Of a stretch of 64,000 nucleotides of DNA, positions 17,335-27,201 are shown piece after piece. The stretch is from a bacterium (GTDB taxonomy: Bacteria > Patescibacteriota > Microgenomatia > Woykebacterales > RBG-16-39-9b): assembly GCA_030704665.1 (NCBI GenBank), contig JAUYID010000009.1, forward strand, positions 256,832-320,831. Reading direction: 5' to 3'. Under the pieces are notes generated by a model, which was given only the letters and a program-made list of their open reading frames with translations, was not told where the DNA came from and searched no databases. Every line of letters starts with the position of its first letter. The first letter of the stretch is position 1. The position numbers were made by a program, and so were the translations under genes.

Positions 17335-19211
17335 AAAAAGATAAACTCGGTCCAGTCTTTGCTGAAAATATTGAGCAAGCGGAAAGAAAAAGCCGTTTGG
17401 TCGATAACGATCAACTCAAAGAGTCAATCGTTTGGGGGACAGAGAAAGAGAGCCTGTATACCAGTAAACAAATTTCTCCCTGGCGGGTTCTACCACTCTA
17501 TCTCTTTTTCCTCATTTCTTTTTTGGCTTTGAGCGCCAAAGCTTTCAGTTTACAAGTAATTCAAGGTGGAAGCTTTCTCAATGAGGCTGAAGGAAATCAC
17601 GTCCGGATTGTGACCACACACGCCCCTCGAGGAGCGATTCTTGACCGTAACGGAAAAATCCTGTCCCAATCCAAGCCGGGCTTTAGTGTGGTGATTGATC
17701 CCCAAAGCTGGCCAGAAAATTACTCAAAAGAAATAAAAGAGCTTGCTAAACTCTTAAAAGTGAGAGCGGGTCAAATCGAGAAAAAGATCAAAGCTAGCAA
17801 TGGTAGTGATTTGATCCAGATCAGAAGTAACATTGATCACGCCACTGCGATCAGTCTCCAAGCCCAAGAAGAAAAGTTCCCTGGCGTCCTGGTGGAGATT
17901 AACCCGCTGCGTGAGTATCTTTCCCCCAAAATCTTTTCTCCGATCATTGGCTATACCTCTGAGACTTCAGAAGAGGACCTAAAAGATCTCAGCAAAGCCT
18001 ATCAACCGGGCGACAAGGTGGGTAGAGTTGGGGCCGAGGCGGCATTTGAGGACAGGTTGCGAGGCGCCAATGGCTACGATTTGATTCGCGTTGACGCTGG
18101 CGGGAAGCGAGCCGGAACTTTGGTCCACACTGAGGCGGTTTCCGGAAACGACATTACTTTGAGTATTGATTCAGACTTACAAAAATTTATCTACGAGCGG
18201 GTCAAGAACGCCATGAAAGTTTCCAAAGGTAAATCGGCAGCAGTAGTAGCAATGAATCCAAAAACTGGAGAAATCTTGTCCATGGTTTCTTTCCCCAGCT
18301 TCGACAACAATCTCTTTGCCAAGGGTTTAACCCAGAACGAGTTTACTCGGCTCTTTAACGATCCGAACTTTCCTTTGCTCAACCGCGCACTGAGTTCTGG
18401 TTTTCCACCAGGGTCAACCTTTAAATTGGTCATGGCGGCGGCTGGATTGGAGACTGGGACAGTGAGCCCGGAAACAAAGTTTGTTGACACCGGCTTTCTC
18501 CGGCTAGGAACAATTACTTTTCAGAACTGGCTTTGGCGCGAAAAACACCGGACAGATGGGACAATCAACATTACTAGAGCCTTGGCCCGCTCCAACGACA
18601 TTTACTTCTTCCGTCTGGGGCAGAAACTTGGGGTTGATAATATTGACAAGTACGCTGCCCTTTTTGGACTCGGAGAAAAAACTGGAGTTGAACTGCCTGG
18701 TGAAGCAGCCGGTTTGATTCCGTCGCCGACCTGGAAGCAAGAAACGAAGGGTTTGCCGTGGTATCCAGGAGAAACCCTCAATGTCTCAATTGGTCAAGGA
18801 GATACTCTAGTTACTCCATTGCAGTTGGCAAGTGTGACTTCGGCGATTGCCAACGGTGGTAATTTGCTTCGTCCCACGATACTGCCTACCAAGACCGCTG
18901 ATTACCAAAGAAAAAATTTCCTCAAACCAAAAACTTTGGGAGTGATAGTAGACGGAATGATTGGTAATCAGAGAGGGGACGGGAATACTGGTTATTTGTT
19001 CCACAACTTTCCTATTCCTACGGCTGGGAAAACTGGGAGTGCTGAAACTGGGCTGGCCAAGAAGATCGATGGTTGGTACACTGTCTTTGCACCGGTGAAA
19101 AACCCAGAGATTGTCATTACTACTTTAGTGGAAAGGGGCAATGCTCACGGAGGAGAAATTTGGGGACCAGAGGTTAAAAAAATTCTGCAGTGGTGGTTTG
19201 AGCACCGTTGA
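17331..19211 (+). CDS. mrdA: penicillin-binding protein 2 (transpeptidase)
   Basis: 626 aa. STFK, SND and KTG motifs. N-terminal TM. Follows mreBCD. Confidence 0.8.
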   Translation: MKKDKLGPVFAENIEQAERKSRLVDNDQLKESIVWGTEKESLYTSKQISPWRVLPLYLFFLISFLALSAKAFSLQVIQGGSFLNEAEGNHVRIVTTHAPRGAILDRNGKILSQSKPGFSVVIDPQSWPENYSKEIKELAKLLKVRAGQIEKKIKASNGSDLIQIRSNIDHATAISLQAQEEKFPGVLVEINPLREYLSPKIFSPIIGYTSETSEEDLKDLSKAYQPGDKVGRVGAEAAFEDRLRGANGYDLIRVDAGGKRAGTLVHTEAVSGNDITLSIDSDLQKFIYERVKNAMKVSKGKSAAVVAMNPKTGEILSMVSFPSFDNNLFAKGLTQNEFTRLFNDPNFPLLNRALSSGFPPGSTFKLVMAAAGLETGTVSPETKFVDTGFLRLGTITFQNWLWREKHRTDGTINITRALARSNDIYFFRLGQKLGVDNIDKYAALFGLGEKTGVELPGEAAGLIPSPTWKQETKGLPWYPGETLNVSIGQGDTLVTPLQLASVTSAIANGGNLLRPTILPTKTADYQRKNFLKPKTLGVIVDGMIGNQRGDGNTGYLFHNFPIPTAGKTGSAETGLAKKIDGWYTVFAPVKNPEIVITTLVERGNAHGGEIWGPEVKKILQWWFEHR

Positions 19212-19714
19212 AAAAGATTAAAATAAATTTAAGACAAATGGGACAAGAATGGACAGTTGAAAAGCATCTCGGTCTTGGACAAGCTCTGATTGTTTTTCTC
19301 GTTCCCATCTTCTTCTTTATTATCACTCTGATGAATTTTTATTTTCTCAGCCCCAGTACAGAACTTTTCTTGCGCTTGCTGCCTTTGATTTTTGCGATCG
19401 TTGCCTTTTTTTGTTTTCTGAGAGTGGTCAGAACCTTGCGAGATTACCCCGAAATTCAACATTTTAAAATCAACGAAGAGGGGATCAGCCTACAATTGCC
19501 GGAAAAGGGAAACCAAGAGAGAACTCTTTCTTGGCCGGAAATGCGCGAATACGATGTTCTCGAAAGCTCAAGAAGTGGGATAAATCGAATTCAAATCAAG
19601 ACTAGTCATGAAGATGAAAGTCTCGAGGTTGTTGCTCCAAGCGCAGAAATGAACAGCCTTATTGCTATCCTCGGTACCAAAGAGATAACATTTGGTTATG
19701 TCCGCTCTCGATGA
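19208..19714 (+). CDS. hypothetical membrane protein
   Basis: 168 aa. Two TM helices, then a soluble domain. Overlaps the mrdA stop. Confidence 0.4.
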   Translation: MKKIKINLRQMGQEWTVEKHLGLGQALIVFLVPIFFFIITLMNFYFLSPSTELFLRLLPLIFAIVAFFCFLRVVRTLRDYPEIQHFKINEEGISLQLPEKGNQERTLSWPEMREYDVLESSRSGINRIQIKTSHEDESLEVVAPSAEMNSLIAILGTKEITFGYVRSR

Positions 19715-20795
19715 TAGAAAGCTAGCTTTTTTCCTTGCTTTGTATTCGATCCCAGGAATTGGACCCGCTCGTTTTCACCTTCTCCTCAAACACTTCAAGG
19801 ATCCAGAAGAAGTCTGGAATCTTCCCAGGCAAACTTTAGAAAAAATTCTCAAATCCAAACTTGCCAGCCAATTTTTGCAGAGTAGAGAACAGACGGACCC
19901 GGCAAAGCTGTTGGAGGAGGTTAAAAGCAGGGGAATACAGATAGTTACAGTTGAAGATAAAACTTACCCAAAACTGCTAAAACAAATACATGATTGTCCG
20001 CCGATTTTGTTTGTGCGTGGCTCGCTGGAAAACCTAGGAAAAACACTTGCAGTGGTTGGTAGTAGAAACCCAACTTCCTACGGCCGAGAAGTTACAGAAA
20101 TCTTGGTGAAAGGCTTGGTAAGGGAAGGGTTCACCATTGTTTCTGGTTTAGCTCGTGGTGTGGATTCGTTGGCAGCACAGACAGCTCTGGAGGTAGGAGG
20201 AAAAACTGTAGCAGTTTTGGGTGGGGGTCTGAGTCGAATTTACCCACCAGAAAACCTTCCTTTAGCAAAAAGAATTTTAGAAAAAGGCGCGGTTGTTTCG
20301 GAATACTTTCCAGAGGTACCCTCGGTTCCTGGAAATTTTCCCGCCCGTAATCGGATTATCTCAGGCTTATCTTTGGGGGTACTAGTTACCGAGGCGGGTG
20401 CAGTTTCAGGCACCTTAATTACCGCTGGTTTTGCAGTTGAGCAGAATCGAGAAGTCTTTGCTGTACCAGGGCCGATTTACTCCAAACTAGCTGCCGGTCC
20501 GGCCGAGCTGATTAAACAAGGCGCCAAACTCGTCATGAGTGTTGGGGATATTCTCGAGGAGCTGAAAATGAATTCAGAATCGAGAATGCAGAATGTACAG
20601 GAGAGGGAAATTAAAGCTGACACGAAAGAGGAGCAAGCGATTCTTGATTTGTTGGAAGATGAGGTCGTCCATATTGACGAAATCACCAGAAGAACCTCCT
20701 TCCACTCTGCGAAAATTTCTTCTTTGCTTACAACCATGGAACTTCAGGGTAAGGTTAAGTCGTTGGGGAATGGGAACTACGCACGGAACCATTGA
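19692..20795 (+). CDS. dprA: DNA processing protein DprA/Smf
   Basis: 367 aa. Rossmann-like core GSRNPTSYG...GLARGVDSLAAQTALEVGGKTVAVLGGGL typical of DprA. Confidence 0.8.
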   Translation: MVMSALDDRKLAFFLALYSIPGIGPARFHLLLKHFKDPEEVWNLPRQTLEKILKSKLASQFLQSREQTDPAKLLEEVKSRGIQIVTVEDKTYPKLLKQIHDCPPILFVRGSLENLGKTLAVVGSRNPTSYGREVTEILVKGLVREGFTIVSGLARGVDSLAAQTALEVGGKTVAVLGGGLSRIYPPENLPLAKRILEKGAVVSEYFPEVPSVPGNFPARNRIISGLSLGVLVTEAGAVSGTLITAGFAVEQNREVFAVPGPIYSKLAAGPAELIKQGAKLVMSVGDILEELKMNSESRMQNVQEREIKADTKEEQAILDLLEDEVVHIDEITRRTSFHSAKISSLLTTMELQGKVKSLGNGNYARNH

Positions 20796-20839
20796 GAAGG
20801 GCCCGCAAAACCGACCCTTTACAAGTTTTGATATAGTTA

Positions 20840-22834
20840 ATGGCGATGTCCAAAAGTCTGATTATTGTTGAATCACCTACGAAGGCACGAACTCTCGGCA
20901 GGTTTCTCGGAGAAGATTTTCAAATAGAAGCCTCGATGGGTCACATCCGCGATTTGCCGAAAAGTAAAATTGGAGTTGAGGTCGAAAAGAACTTCGAGCC
21001 GACCTATATCATTCCTACGGACAAACGCAAAACCGTTGAACATCTAAAAGATCTGACCGCGAAAGCTGCCAATATTATTCTCGCCACTGACCCAGATCGT
21101 GAAGGAGAGGCAATTGCCTGGCATCTGTCCGAAATCATCCGAGAACAAAAGAAAGACGGCAAAGATTTCCAAAGAATTGTTTTCCACGAAATCACCAAAG
21201 AAGCAGTCGAGCAGGCGCTGACAAGCCCTAGAAGCATTGATCAGGCGCTTGTCGATGCTCAACAAGCCCGTCGCGTCTTGGACCGTCTGGTGGGTTATAA
21301 ACTCTCACCAATTCTTTGGTTTAAGGTCAAAAAAGGACTCTCCGCTGGTCGAGTTCAATCAGTAGCAGTTCGGCTGATCGTTGACCGCGAGCGAGAAATA
21401 GACGTCTTCAAGCCAGTTGAGTATTGGAGCATTGATGCTCTTTTCAAAAAAGGCAAAGATGAGTTTGAAGCAGCCCTAACTGAAAAAGACGGCAAAAAAC
21501 TCTCTATCAACAACCAAAAAGACGCAGCTGAAGTGGTTAAAGGTTTGGAAGGAGCAGAGTACAAAGTCAACAATGTTACCCAGAAAGAACTGAAGAAATC
21601 TTCTTACCCGCCTTTCACAACTTCAACCTTGACTCAGACGGCGGCCAACCGCTTGCGCTTTACTTCGAAAAAAACGATGAAGCTAGCTCAAGATCTTTAT
21701 GAAGAGGGTTTGATCACTTATCACCGTACTGACTCAGTAAATCTTGCCCAAATCGCCCTGACCCAAACCAGAAAATACGTGGAAAAAAATATCGGTAAGG
21801 AATATTTACCCGACAAAGCAAGGATTTTCAAAACCACTTCCAAGTCAGCCCAAGAAGCCCATGAGGCGATCCGTCCGACCCAAGCAGACAAAGTCCCGGA
21901 CTCACTAAAAAATGATCTTGATCGTGACCACTTGCGGCTTTACGAATTGATCTGGCAGCGAATGGTTGCTAGCCAGATGCGAGAAGCCATTTACGACCAA
22001 ATCGCTCTTGATATCAAGGGAAACGCCTACACCTTCCGTGCCAACGGAGCGATGATCAAATTCGCCGGTTGGTTAAAAATTTACGGCCGAGAAGAGGGCG
22101 ATCAACTCGATGAACGCTTCGTTCCTTTACTTAAAATCGGCGATAGTGTTGATCTCAAAGCCCTGCGGCCAAACCAGCATTTTACTGAGCCACCACCACG
22201 CTACACTGAGGCTTCACTGATCAAAGCTCTGGAAGAAAAGGGTATTGGGCGGCCGAGTACTTACGCGCCGATCATTTCTACTATTCAAGACCGTAATTAT
22301 GTTGAACTTCTTGAAAGAAAGTTTAAACCAACCCCCCTTGGCACGGCCGTGACGGACTTTCTAGTCAAAAATTTTGCCCAAGAGGTAGACTATCAATTTA
22401 CTGCAGAAATGGAAGATAAGCTTGACCAGGTTGCGGAAGGAAAAGAAAAGTGGCAAGAGATGATCAGGGCTTTTTGGCAGCCTTTTGAAAAACATCTTGA
22501 AGTTGTCGCCGAAAAAGCGGCTCGAGTCAAAGTTGAAGCTGAGACTGTGGATGAGATGTGCCCAGAGGGTCATCAACTCGTCATTCGCTACGGAAGATTC
22601 GGCAAATTCCTTGCCTGTGAAAAATTCCCTGATCACAAATTTACTAAAACCTTTGAAGAGAAAGTCGACGCCCTCTGTCCTGAGTCAGGCGATCCAGTGG
22701 TTATAAAAAGAACCAAACGCGGCCGACCGTTCTTTGGTTGCAGCGGATATCCAAAGTGTAAATGGATGAGCTGGACCAAGCCGGAAACAACCCCACCAGT
22801 TGACGAAGTGACAGCTCCCGCTGCCGAAGCCTAA
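20840..22834 (+). CDS. topA: DNA topoisomerase I
   Basis: 664 aa. TOPRIM start IIVESPTKARTL. Catalytic Tyr region. C-terminal Cys4 zinc ribbons. Confidence 0.9.
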   Translation: MAMSKSLIIVESPTKARTLGRFLGEDFQIEASMGHIRDLPKSKIGVEVEKNFEPTYIIPTDKRKTVEHLKDLTAKAANIILATDPDREGEAIAWHLSEIIREQKKDGKDFQRIVFHEITKEAVEQALTSPRSIDQALVDAQQARRVLDRLVGYKLSPILWFKVKKGLSAGRVQSVAVRLIVDREREIDVFKPVEYWSIDALFKKGKDEFEAALTEKDGKKLSINNQKDAAEVVKGLEGAEYKVNNVTQKELKKSSYPPFTTSTLTQTAANRLRFTSKKTMKLAQDLYEEGLITYHRTDSVNLAQIALTQTRKYVEKNIGKEYLPDKARIFKTTSKSAQEAHEAIRPTQADKVPDSLKNDLDRDHLRLYELIWQRMVASQMREAIYDQIALDIKGNAYTFRANGAMIKFAGWLKIYGREEGDQLDERFVPLLKIGDSVDLKALRPNQHFTEPPPRYTEASLIKALEEKGIGRPSTYAPIISTIQDRNYVELLERKFKPTPLGTAVTDFLVKNFAQEVDYQFTAEMEDKLDQVAEGKEKWQEMIRAFWQPFEKHLEVVAEKAARVKVEAETVDEMCPEGHQLVIRYGRFGKFLACEKFPDHKFTKTFEEKVDALCPESGDPVVIKRTKRGRPFFGCSGYPKCKWMSWTKPETTPPVDEVTAPAAEA

Positions 22835-22935
22835 AATTTAACCCCAAGTGCTATAATCCGTCAGGAATATGTCCTGACGTCATGTATCCTTGCAGGATAT
22901 AATTCCTCCAAGAAAATCAATAAGGAGAGTGTGCG

Positions 22936-23049
22936 ATGAGTAGCCGTCTGATCTCTGACTCTTATTTCACTGCCTATCAACTTCTGAACTCAGCCTTGTC
23001 GGATAGTGGCCCGCTCTTGATCGAGATTGAACCGCTGGTGGAGGAGTGA
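22936..23049 (+). CDS. small upstream ORF (38 aa), stop overlaps GNAT start
   Basis: Strong AAGGAGAGTG RBS then ATG. TGA at 23047 followed by ATG at 23051. Below the ORF-track size cutoff. Confidence 0.25.
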   Translation: MSSRLISDSYFTAYQLLNSALSDSGPLLIEIEPLVEE

Positions 23050-23050
23050 G

Positions 23051-23512
23051 ATGAGGACCCACATTGCTTCTATGAATGAAGTTAGGGACTGGGTGAGCCA
23101 GTCGAAATCCGAGACTGTCGACTACATGTTTGCTAGTCACATTTTGCTCTGGTGCGATGAGGCAGTAGTTGCCAAGAGGGCGGGAAGAATCGTTGGTTTG
23201 GCCCTAATCTCTCCTGGATACTGGGAAAGGCGAGATCCAGAGATCGCTGCTCTCTACGTAGAACCGGAGTTTCGGAGCCGTGGTCTTGGGACGAAACTTG
23301 TCAGAGACGCAGTGAGACGCTGTCTGAAGCGTGGTCTTGTTCCAGTGCTTGTTCAACTACGCTCAGCCCGTTCACGAAGTATCGTTGAGGCTCTGCCTGA
23401 GAAACTGCTTCGAGCGGTTGAAGCTTTGGATTTGGTCGAGGGGGAGGATTACGACGAAATGGCAGAGCGGGAAGAAGCGGAGATAGGTCTGCAGATGGTG
23501 GTGGGAGTATGA
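23051..23512 (+). CDS. GNAT family N-acetyltransferase (GC-rich islet)
   Basis: AALYVEPEFRSRGLGTKLV acetyl-CoA binding motif. Internal Met of ORF 23027-23512. Confidence 0.55.
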   Translation: MRTHIASMNEVRDWVSQSKSETVDYMFASHILLWCDEAVVAKRAGRIVGLALISPGYWERRDPEIAALYVEPEFRSRGLGTKLVRDAVRRCLKRGLVPVLVQLRSARSRSIVEALPEKLLRAVEALDLVEGEDYDEMAEREEAEIGLQMVVGV

Positions 23513-23542
23513 AGCCTTTCAAGCTCTCGCCACCGGACCTTG

Positions 23543-24001
23543 TTAATTTGATGTGTTGGCCTCGACTTTGATTTTGGTTTTGACCGAAGATTTATTTGAA
23601 TAGGAACTAGCACCGTCATTTGAGTTCGAACTTGAACTTGATTGGCAGTCCACACTGACAGAGACATCCCCACTTGAGGCTTCGTCCACTTCAACTGAAT
23701 CAGAAGGAACCACCTGCGTCACTCCATTTTTCGTCACCGTACAAGTTCCAGAACCAGTTGAATTGCTTGAATCATCGTTATTTTGGTCGTCGGTGTCTGC
23801 TGAGGTAGCTCCAGAAGCTGGTTTGGAAGAATCGGTTGCTTCTTTCGAGGATTGAGTAGCTGCCTTGTTGCCCAGCTTGGTCTCGTTGCTATTTTTGATC
23901 AACTGAGTTGAAAAAGCCGCTGCGATGAAAAGAAGAACAGCAGCAATGGTGATCGTGAGGCGCAGCCGATCGTTTCTTAAATTCCCCATAGTGTTTGGCA
24001 T
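23543..24001 (-). CDS. Ser/Thr/Asp-rich secreted or membrane-anchored hypothetical protein
   Basis: Signal/anchor LRLTITIAAVLLFIAAAFS followed by low-complexity S/T/D/N-rich sequence. Confidence 0.4.
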   Translation of the reverse strand: MPNTMGNLRNDRLRLTITIAAVLLFIAAAFSTQLIKNSNETKLGNKAATQSSKEATDSSKPASGATSADTDDQNNDDSSNSTGSGTCTVTKNGVTQVVPSDSVEVDEASSGDVSVSVDCQSSSSSNSNDGASSYSNKSSVKTKIKVEANTSN

Positions 24002-24097
24002 TATCCAACTTTGACCGGATCTTGTCAAAGGACAAGCGGGCTGGTGTTATAATGCTTGCTAGAAATACCTGTGGCGGGTAGTTCTTGGGGAGGAAAG

Positions 24098-24235
24098 ATG
24101 GCCAAGATAGATCCGCAGAGGACAGAGAAGATACGTTCCGCGGTTCGTTATTTGCTTGAGCATGGCGGAATGGTCAAGGGTGTTCAGACAAAGTTGGCTG
24201 AGCACTTCAAGACGAGCCGGCAAAGAGTCCACTAA
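24098..24235 (+). CDS. small HTH DNA-binding protein (45 aa), putative
   Basis: GGGAGGAAAG RBS. Sequence ...LAEHFKTSRQRVH resembles a classic helix-turn-helix. Confidence 0.3.
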   Translation: MAKIDPQRTEKIRSAVRYLLEHGGMVKGVQTKLAEHFKTSRQRVH

Positions 24236-24318
24236 ATTACGGTGGAGGAAAGGAGAAGACAAAAAGCAAAGCAAAGCTAGCCCAAAATCCTGGTGGTGGG
24301 GTTCTTAGGGGTTTTGGT

Positions 24319-24600
24319 ATGTGGATTCGACCAGTAATATTTCAGGCAAGACGTGCAGGATGTCAGGAGGTGAGAGAAGCAAAAAAGGGAATCCAGGCCA
24401 CCTTGCGGCGAATGGATAAGTGTGGAGCAGTTCCGCACAAGCGTTACCAAGCCTACATTGCTCACTTGTGTTACTGTCCACCCTGTCGTGAGGAGCTGAA
24501 GGTGGATGATTGGAAGTTCATACCACGACTCTGTGAGCATCGGACTGGGTTTGATTTTGGGAAAGTCTGCCTTCACCTAGTCAGACTGGTTGAGTCCTAA
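24319..24600 (+). CDS. Cys-rich small hypothetical protein
   Basis: 93 aa ORF with seven Cys (CYCPPC cluster). No convincing RBS. Confidence 0.25.
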   Translation: MWIRPVIFQARRAGCQEVREAKKGIQATLRRMDKCGAVPHKRYQAYIAHLCYCPPCREELKVDDWKFIPRLCEHRTGFDFGKVCLHLVRLVES

Positions 24601-24696
24601 GGTGGTTAGAGGAGGGGGAGCGATCAAACAGAACCTACCTGCCCATCCTCTAAAACTTTCAACTTATTAATTTACAAGTTTAGGATACCAACAAAA

Positions 24697-24733
24697 ATTC
24701 ACGATTGTGAAGTTTGTTCTAGCCAAACTCTTC
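24697..24733 (-). repeat. copy 5 of 33-bp ACGATCGTG motif (variant, inverted)
   Basis: CCAACAAAAATTCACGATTGTGAAGTTTGTTCTAGCC. Confidence 0.5.
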
Positions 24734-24736
24734 GTT

Positions 24737-24832
24737 TGTCACTCTGAACCTGCCTTGTCGGCAGGCAGGTGAAGAGTCTCGAGTGTGGGTTGGTGAAGAC
24801 CCTGAGATCCTTCGCTTTGCTCAGGATGACAT
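24737..24832. repeat. MITE-like palindromic element copy
   Basis: TGTCACTCTGAAC ... GCTCAGGATGACAT termini. Shares GTGAAGAGTCTCGAGT with the copy at 53485-53560. Confidence 0.55.
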
Positions 24833-24930
24833 TGAAATAGGTTAATTGAAAGGGGGAACGGCTCGATCCTCGGGGTGAGAACAGAGCCGTTCAGTGCGGT
24901 GCGCGGTGTTGATCTAGCAAGACTTGTGCC

Positions 24931-25182
24931 TCATGCATGGGAGGTTCGGGAGAGCGTTTGAGCGGCAACACTCTTCAAAACCTCCGTAACTTCCTCGAGG
25001 GGGAGTTTTCCTTCGGTTCGGGTAGCCCTGGTGATGATGTCCCGGAGAGCTTCGGTGCGGTGCTTGAAAGCAATCACCTCACCGTCGTCTTGACTTTCGC
25101 GACGGTAGAGCCTCCAAACTGCCTTGGCATCCTCCTGGACACGCACCAGAGTCCAGTCCCTTGGCAAACATAGGGTAGTCAT
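24931..25182 (-). CDS. hypothetical protein (GC-rich islet)
   Basis: 83 aa. Perfect GAAAGGAGGTGATC RBS upstream on the minus strand. Confidence 0.45.
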   Translation of the reverse strand: MTTLCLPRDWTLVRVQEDAKAVWRLYRRESQDDGEVIAFKHRTEALRDIITRATRTEGKLPLEEVTEVLKSVAAQTLSRTSHA

Positions 25183-25443
25183 GCCTGATCACCTCCTTTC
25201 TTTCCCGTCTCGCCCTTCCGGCGGATTTGCGCACTTGAGAGTCAATTAACACAAATTAAAATTACAAACAACAACCAAGCTGGCCAGGCAAGCACTTGAT
25301 ACACTTTGACCGACTTGTTCGAGTTACTTTCTTTCGGCTATATTAAAAAGGCAAAGGAGGTCCCACCTCTTCTGATTGGTTACTCAAGGCCAGATTAAAA
25401 CAACAGGCCTTCCTATTTAAGACACTAATCAGATTTAAACAAT

Positions 25444-26088
25444 GTGAAAGGTGGGGGCCGTCCTCTCTTTATGATTCTTTCTGACCGAGACATTCGTCTC
25501 CACCTCAAGAGCGGGAAAATCCGCATTGATCCAGCTCCAATTCTTGAAGAACAGCTTGGTAGCTGCTCAATTGACTTGCATTTGGGCAATACTTTCAAAA
25601 TCTTTAACCATTCCAAATACCCGTATATTGACCCAAGGAACCCATCGATTTCCAAAGAACTGATGAAAGAGATCTCTGTTCCTGGTAGCGAAGCCTTCAT
25701 CATGCGGCCAGGGGAGTTTTGTCTGGCAATTACCGAGGAATCAATTGCTTTGGCTGATGACTTGCTTGGTCGACTCGAAGGACGAAGTAGTTTGGGAAGA
25801 CTGGGAATCATTGTTCACTCCACGGCGGCTCGGGTCGATCCGGGTTGGGAAGGAAAAATAGTCATGGAACTCGGAAACATTGGCGTCATGCCAGTGGCTC
25901 TTTATCCCGGGATGCGGATTTGCTCACTGACCTTTGAGCAGGTTTCGACTGTGGTGGACAACCCTTACGCGAAGAGAAAGAGCTCAAAGTATGTCAATCA
26001 AGATGCACCTTTGGCTTCAAAGTTGAGTGATGAAATGAGTGTCGAGCCTAGGTACGTCAAACACGGAAAAAAAGCGGTGCGAATTTAG
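25444..26088 (+). CDS. dcd: dCTP deaminase
   Basis: Dcd/dUTPase-fold motifs SIDLHLG and GRSSLGRLGIIVHSTAARVDPGWEGKIVMEL. GTG at 25444 or, more likely, ATG at 25471. Confidence 0.75.
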   Translation: MKGGGRPLFMILSDRDIRLHLKSGKIRIDPAPILEEQLGSCSIDLHLGNTFKIFNHSKYPYIDPRNPSISKELMKEISVPGSEAFIMRPGEFCLAITEESIALADDLLGRLEGRSSLGRLGIIVHSTAARVDPGWEGKIVMELGNIGVMPVALYPGMRICSLTFEQVSTVVDNPYAKRKSSKYVNQDAPLASKLSDEMSVEPRYVKHGKKAVRI

Positions 26089-26104
26089 AATGCAGAATGA
26101 GGAA

Positions 26105-26170
26105 TTGTCATCCTGAGCACTTAGCGAAGGATCTATTGAGATTCTTCGGCTTCGCCTCAAGAATGACAAA
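26105..26170. repeat. MITE-like palindromic element copy
   Basis: TTGTCATCCTGAGCACTTAGCGAAGGATCTATTGAGATTCTTCGGCTTCGCCTCAAGAATGACAA, imperfect palindrome. Between the two dcd paralogs. Confidence 0.6.
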
Positions 26171-26176
26171 ATAAAC

Positions 26177-26677
26177 ATGATACTCTCAAAGCAAACGATA
26201 CAAAAATTACTTAAGGAAAAGAAAATTAAGATCAACCCTTTCTCAGAGGCTGATCTTGGAGCAGTCAGCATTGACCTTCATCTTGGTGCTGAGGGGTTGA
26301 ACCCCGACAGTGGTAAAGAAGTTGATTTAAATGACTACCACCTTTCCTTGGATGAGTTTCTTCTCGCGAACACACAAGAATATGTCGCCCTTCCGGACAA
26401 TATTGTTGCTCGGGTAGTTCCGCGGAGTTCTTTGGCTCGACTTGGAGTGCTCGCAACTTTTGATGCCGATATTTTGCCCCCAAACTATTCGGGAAAACCC
26501 TTGTTAACCTTGAAAAACCTTTCCAAAAAACCAATTTTACTGAAAGCTGGTCTGGCGGTGGCTCAAATCATGTTTGAGCAAGTCGATGCTCCAGTCGAGG
26601 GTTACGCGAGCCGTTACAACCACGAAAAGCCAGAAGAAAGCAAACTTTGTGAAGAGATGGTGGAGGAGAAAAACTGA
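26177..26677 (+). CDS. dCTP deaminase-family paralog
   Basis: 166 aa. VSIDLHLG and RSSLARLGV motifs of the Dcd/dUTPase fold. Shorter and divergent compared with the upstream dcd. Confidence 0.55.
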   Translation: MILSKQTIQKLLKEKKIKINPFSEADLGAVSIDLHLGAEGLNPDSGKEVDLNDYHLSLDEFLLANTQEYVALPDNIVARVVPRSSLARLGVLATFDADILPPNYSGKPLLTLKNLSKKPILLKAGLAVAQIMFEQVDAPVEGYASRYNHEKPEESKLCEEMVEEKN

Positions 26678-27201
26678 TGGCTGCCTTTGAATTTCGCTTG
26701 CAATTTCAAGATCCAGAAAAAGCAAAGGCAAGCGTTTCCCAAAAGAGTAAAGTTGTCGAGGAATACGAGATGAAAGAGAGTTTTTTTCAGCCAAAAGACG
26801 CCGGCTGGAAATTTAACGAGCAAAATATGCGCCTGCGTCAGTTTAAGGATGGACGAATTCAGCTTATTTATCGAAAAAACGCTTGGCAGGGGCAAATCAA
26901 GGAAGAAATCATTCAGTTGCGAGCAGATTTGAGAAGCCTTGCGCAAGGAGAGGAATCTTTGCAAGACTGGGGTTTTGTACCGATTATAAGCTATCAGAAA
27001 ATCGGTCAGCGTTTTGAACTGGCAAGCGGCAGCGGTTTTGTTTGGGAAGAAATTGAGCATTTGGGCTCTTCGGTTGAGATCGAAGGGGAGAATGAAGAGG
27101 AAGCAAAGAAAATTCTCGAAGACGGGTTTTCCGGGATTGAATACAAGCTAATTTCGAAAACAGTTCCAGAGATGGTAATGGAGAAAATCAATGGCAACTA
27201 G
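26677..27201 (+). CDS. CYTH-like (triphosphate tunnel metalloenzyme fold) protein
   Basis: 174 aa. Pattern MRLRQF...LIYRK, ISYQKIGQRFEL and VEIEGENEEEAKKILEDGF matches CYTH. N-terminal ExExK is degenerate (FEFRLQ). ATGA overlap with upstream and downstream genes. Confidence 0.45.
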   Translation: MAAFEFRLQFQDPEKAKASVSQKSKVVEEYEMKESFFQPKDAGWKFNEQNMRLRQFKDGRIQLIYRKNAWQGQIKEEIIQLRADLRSLAQGEESLQDWGFVPIISYQKIGQRFELASGSGFVWEEIEHLGSSVEIEGENEEEAKKILEDGFSGIEYKLISKTVPEMVMEKINGN

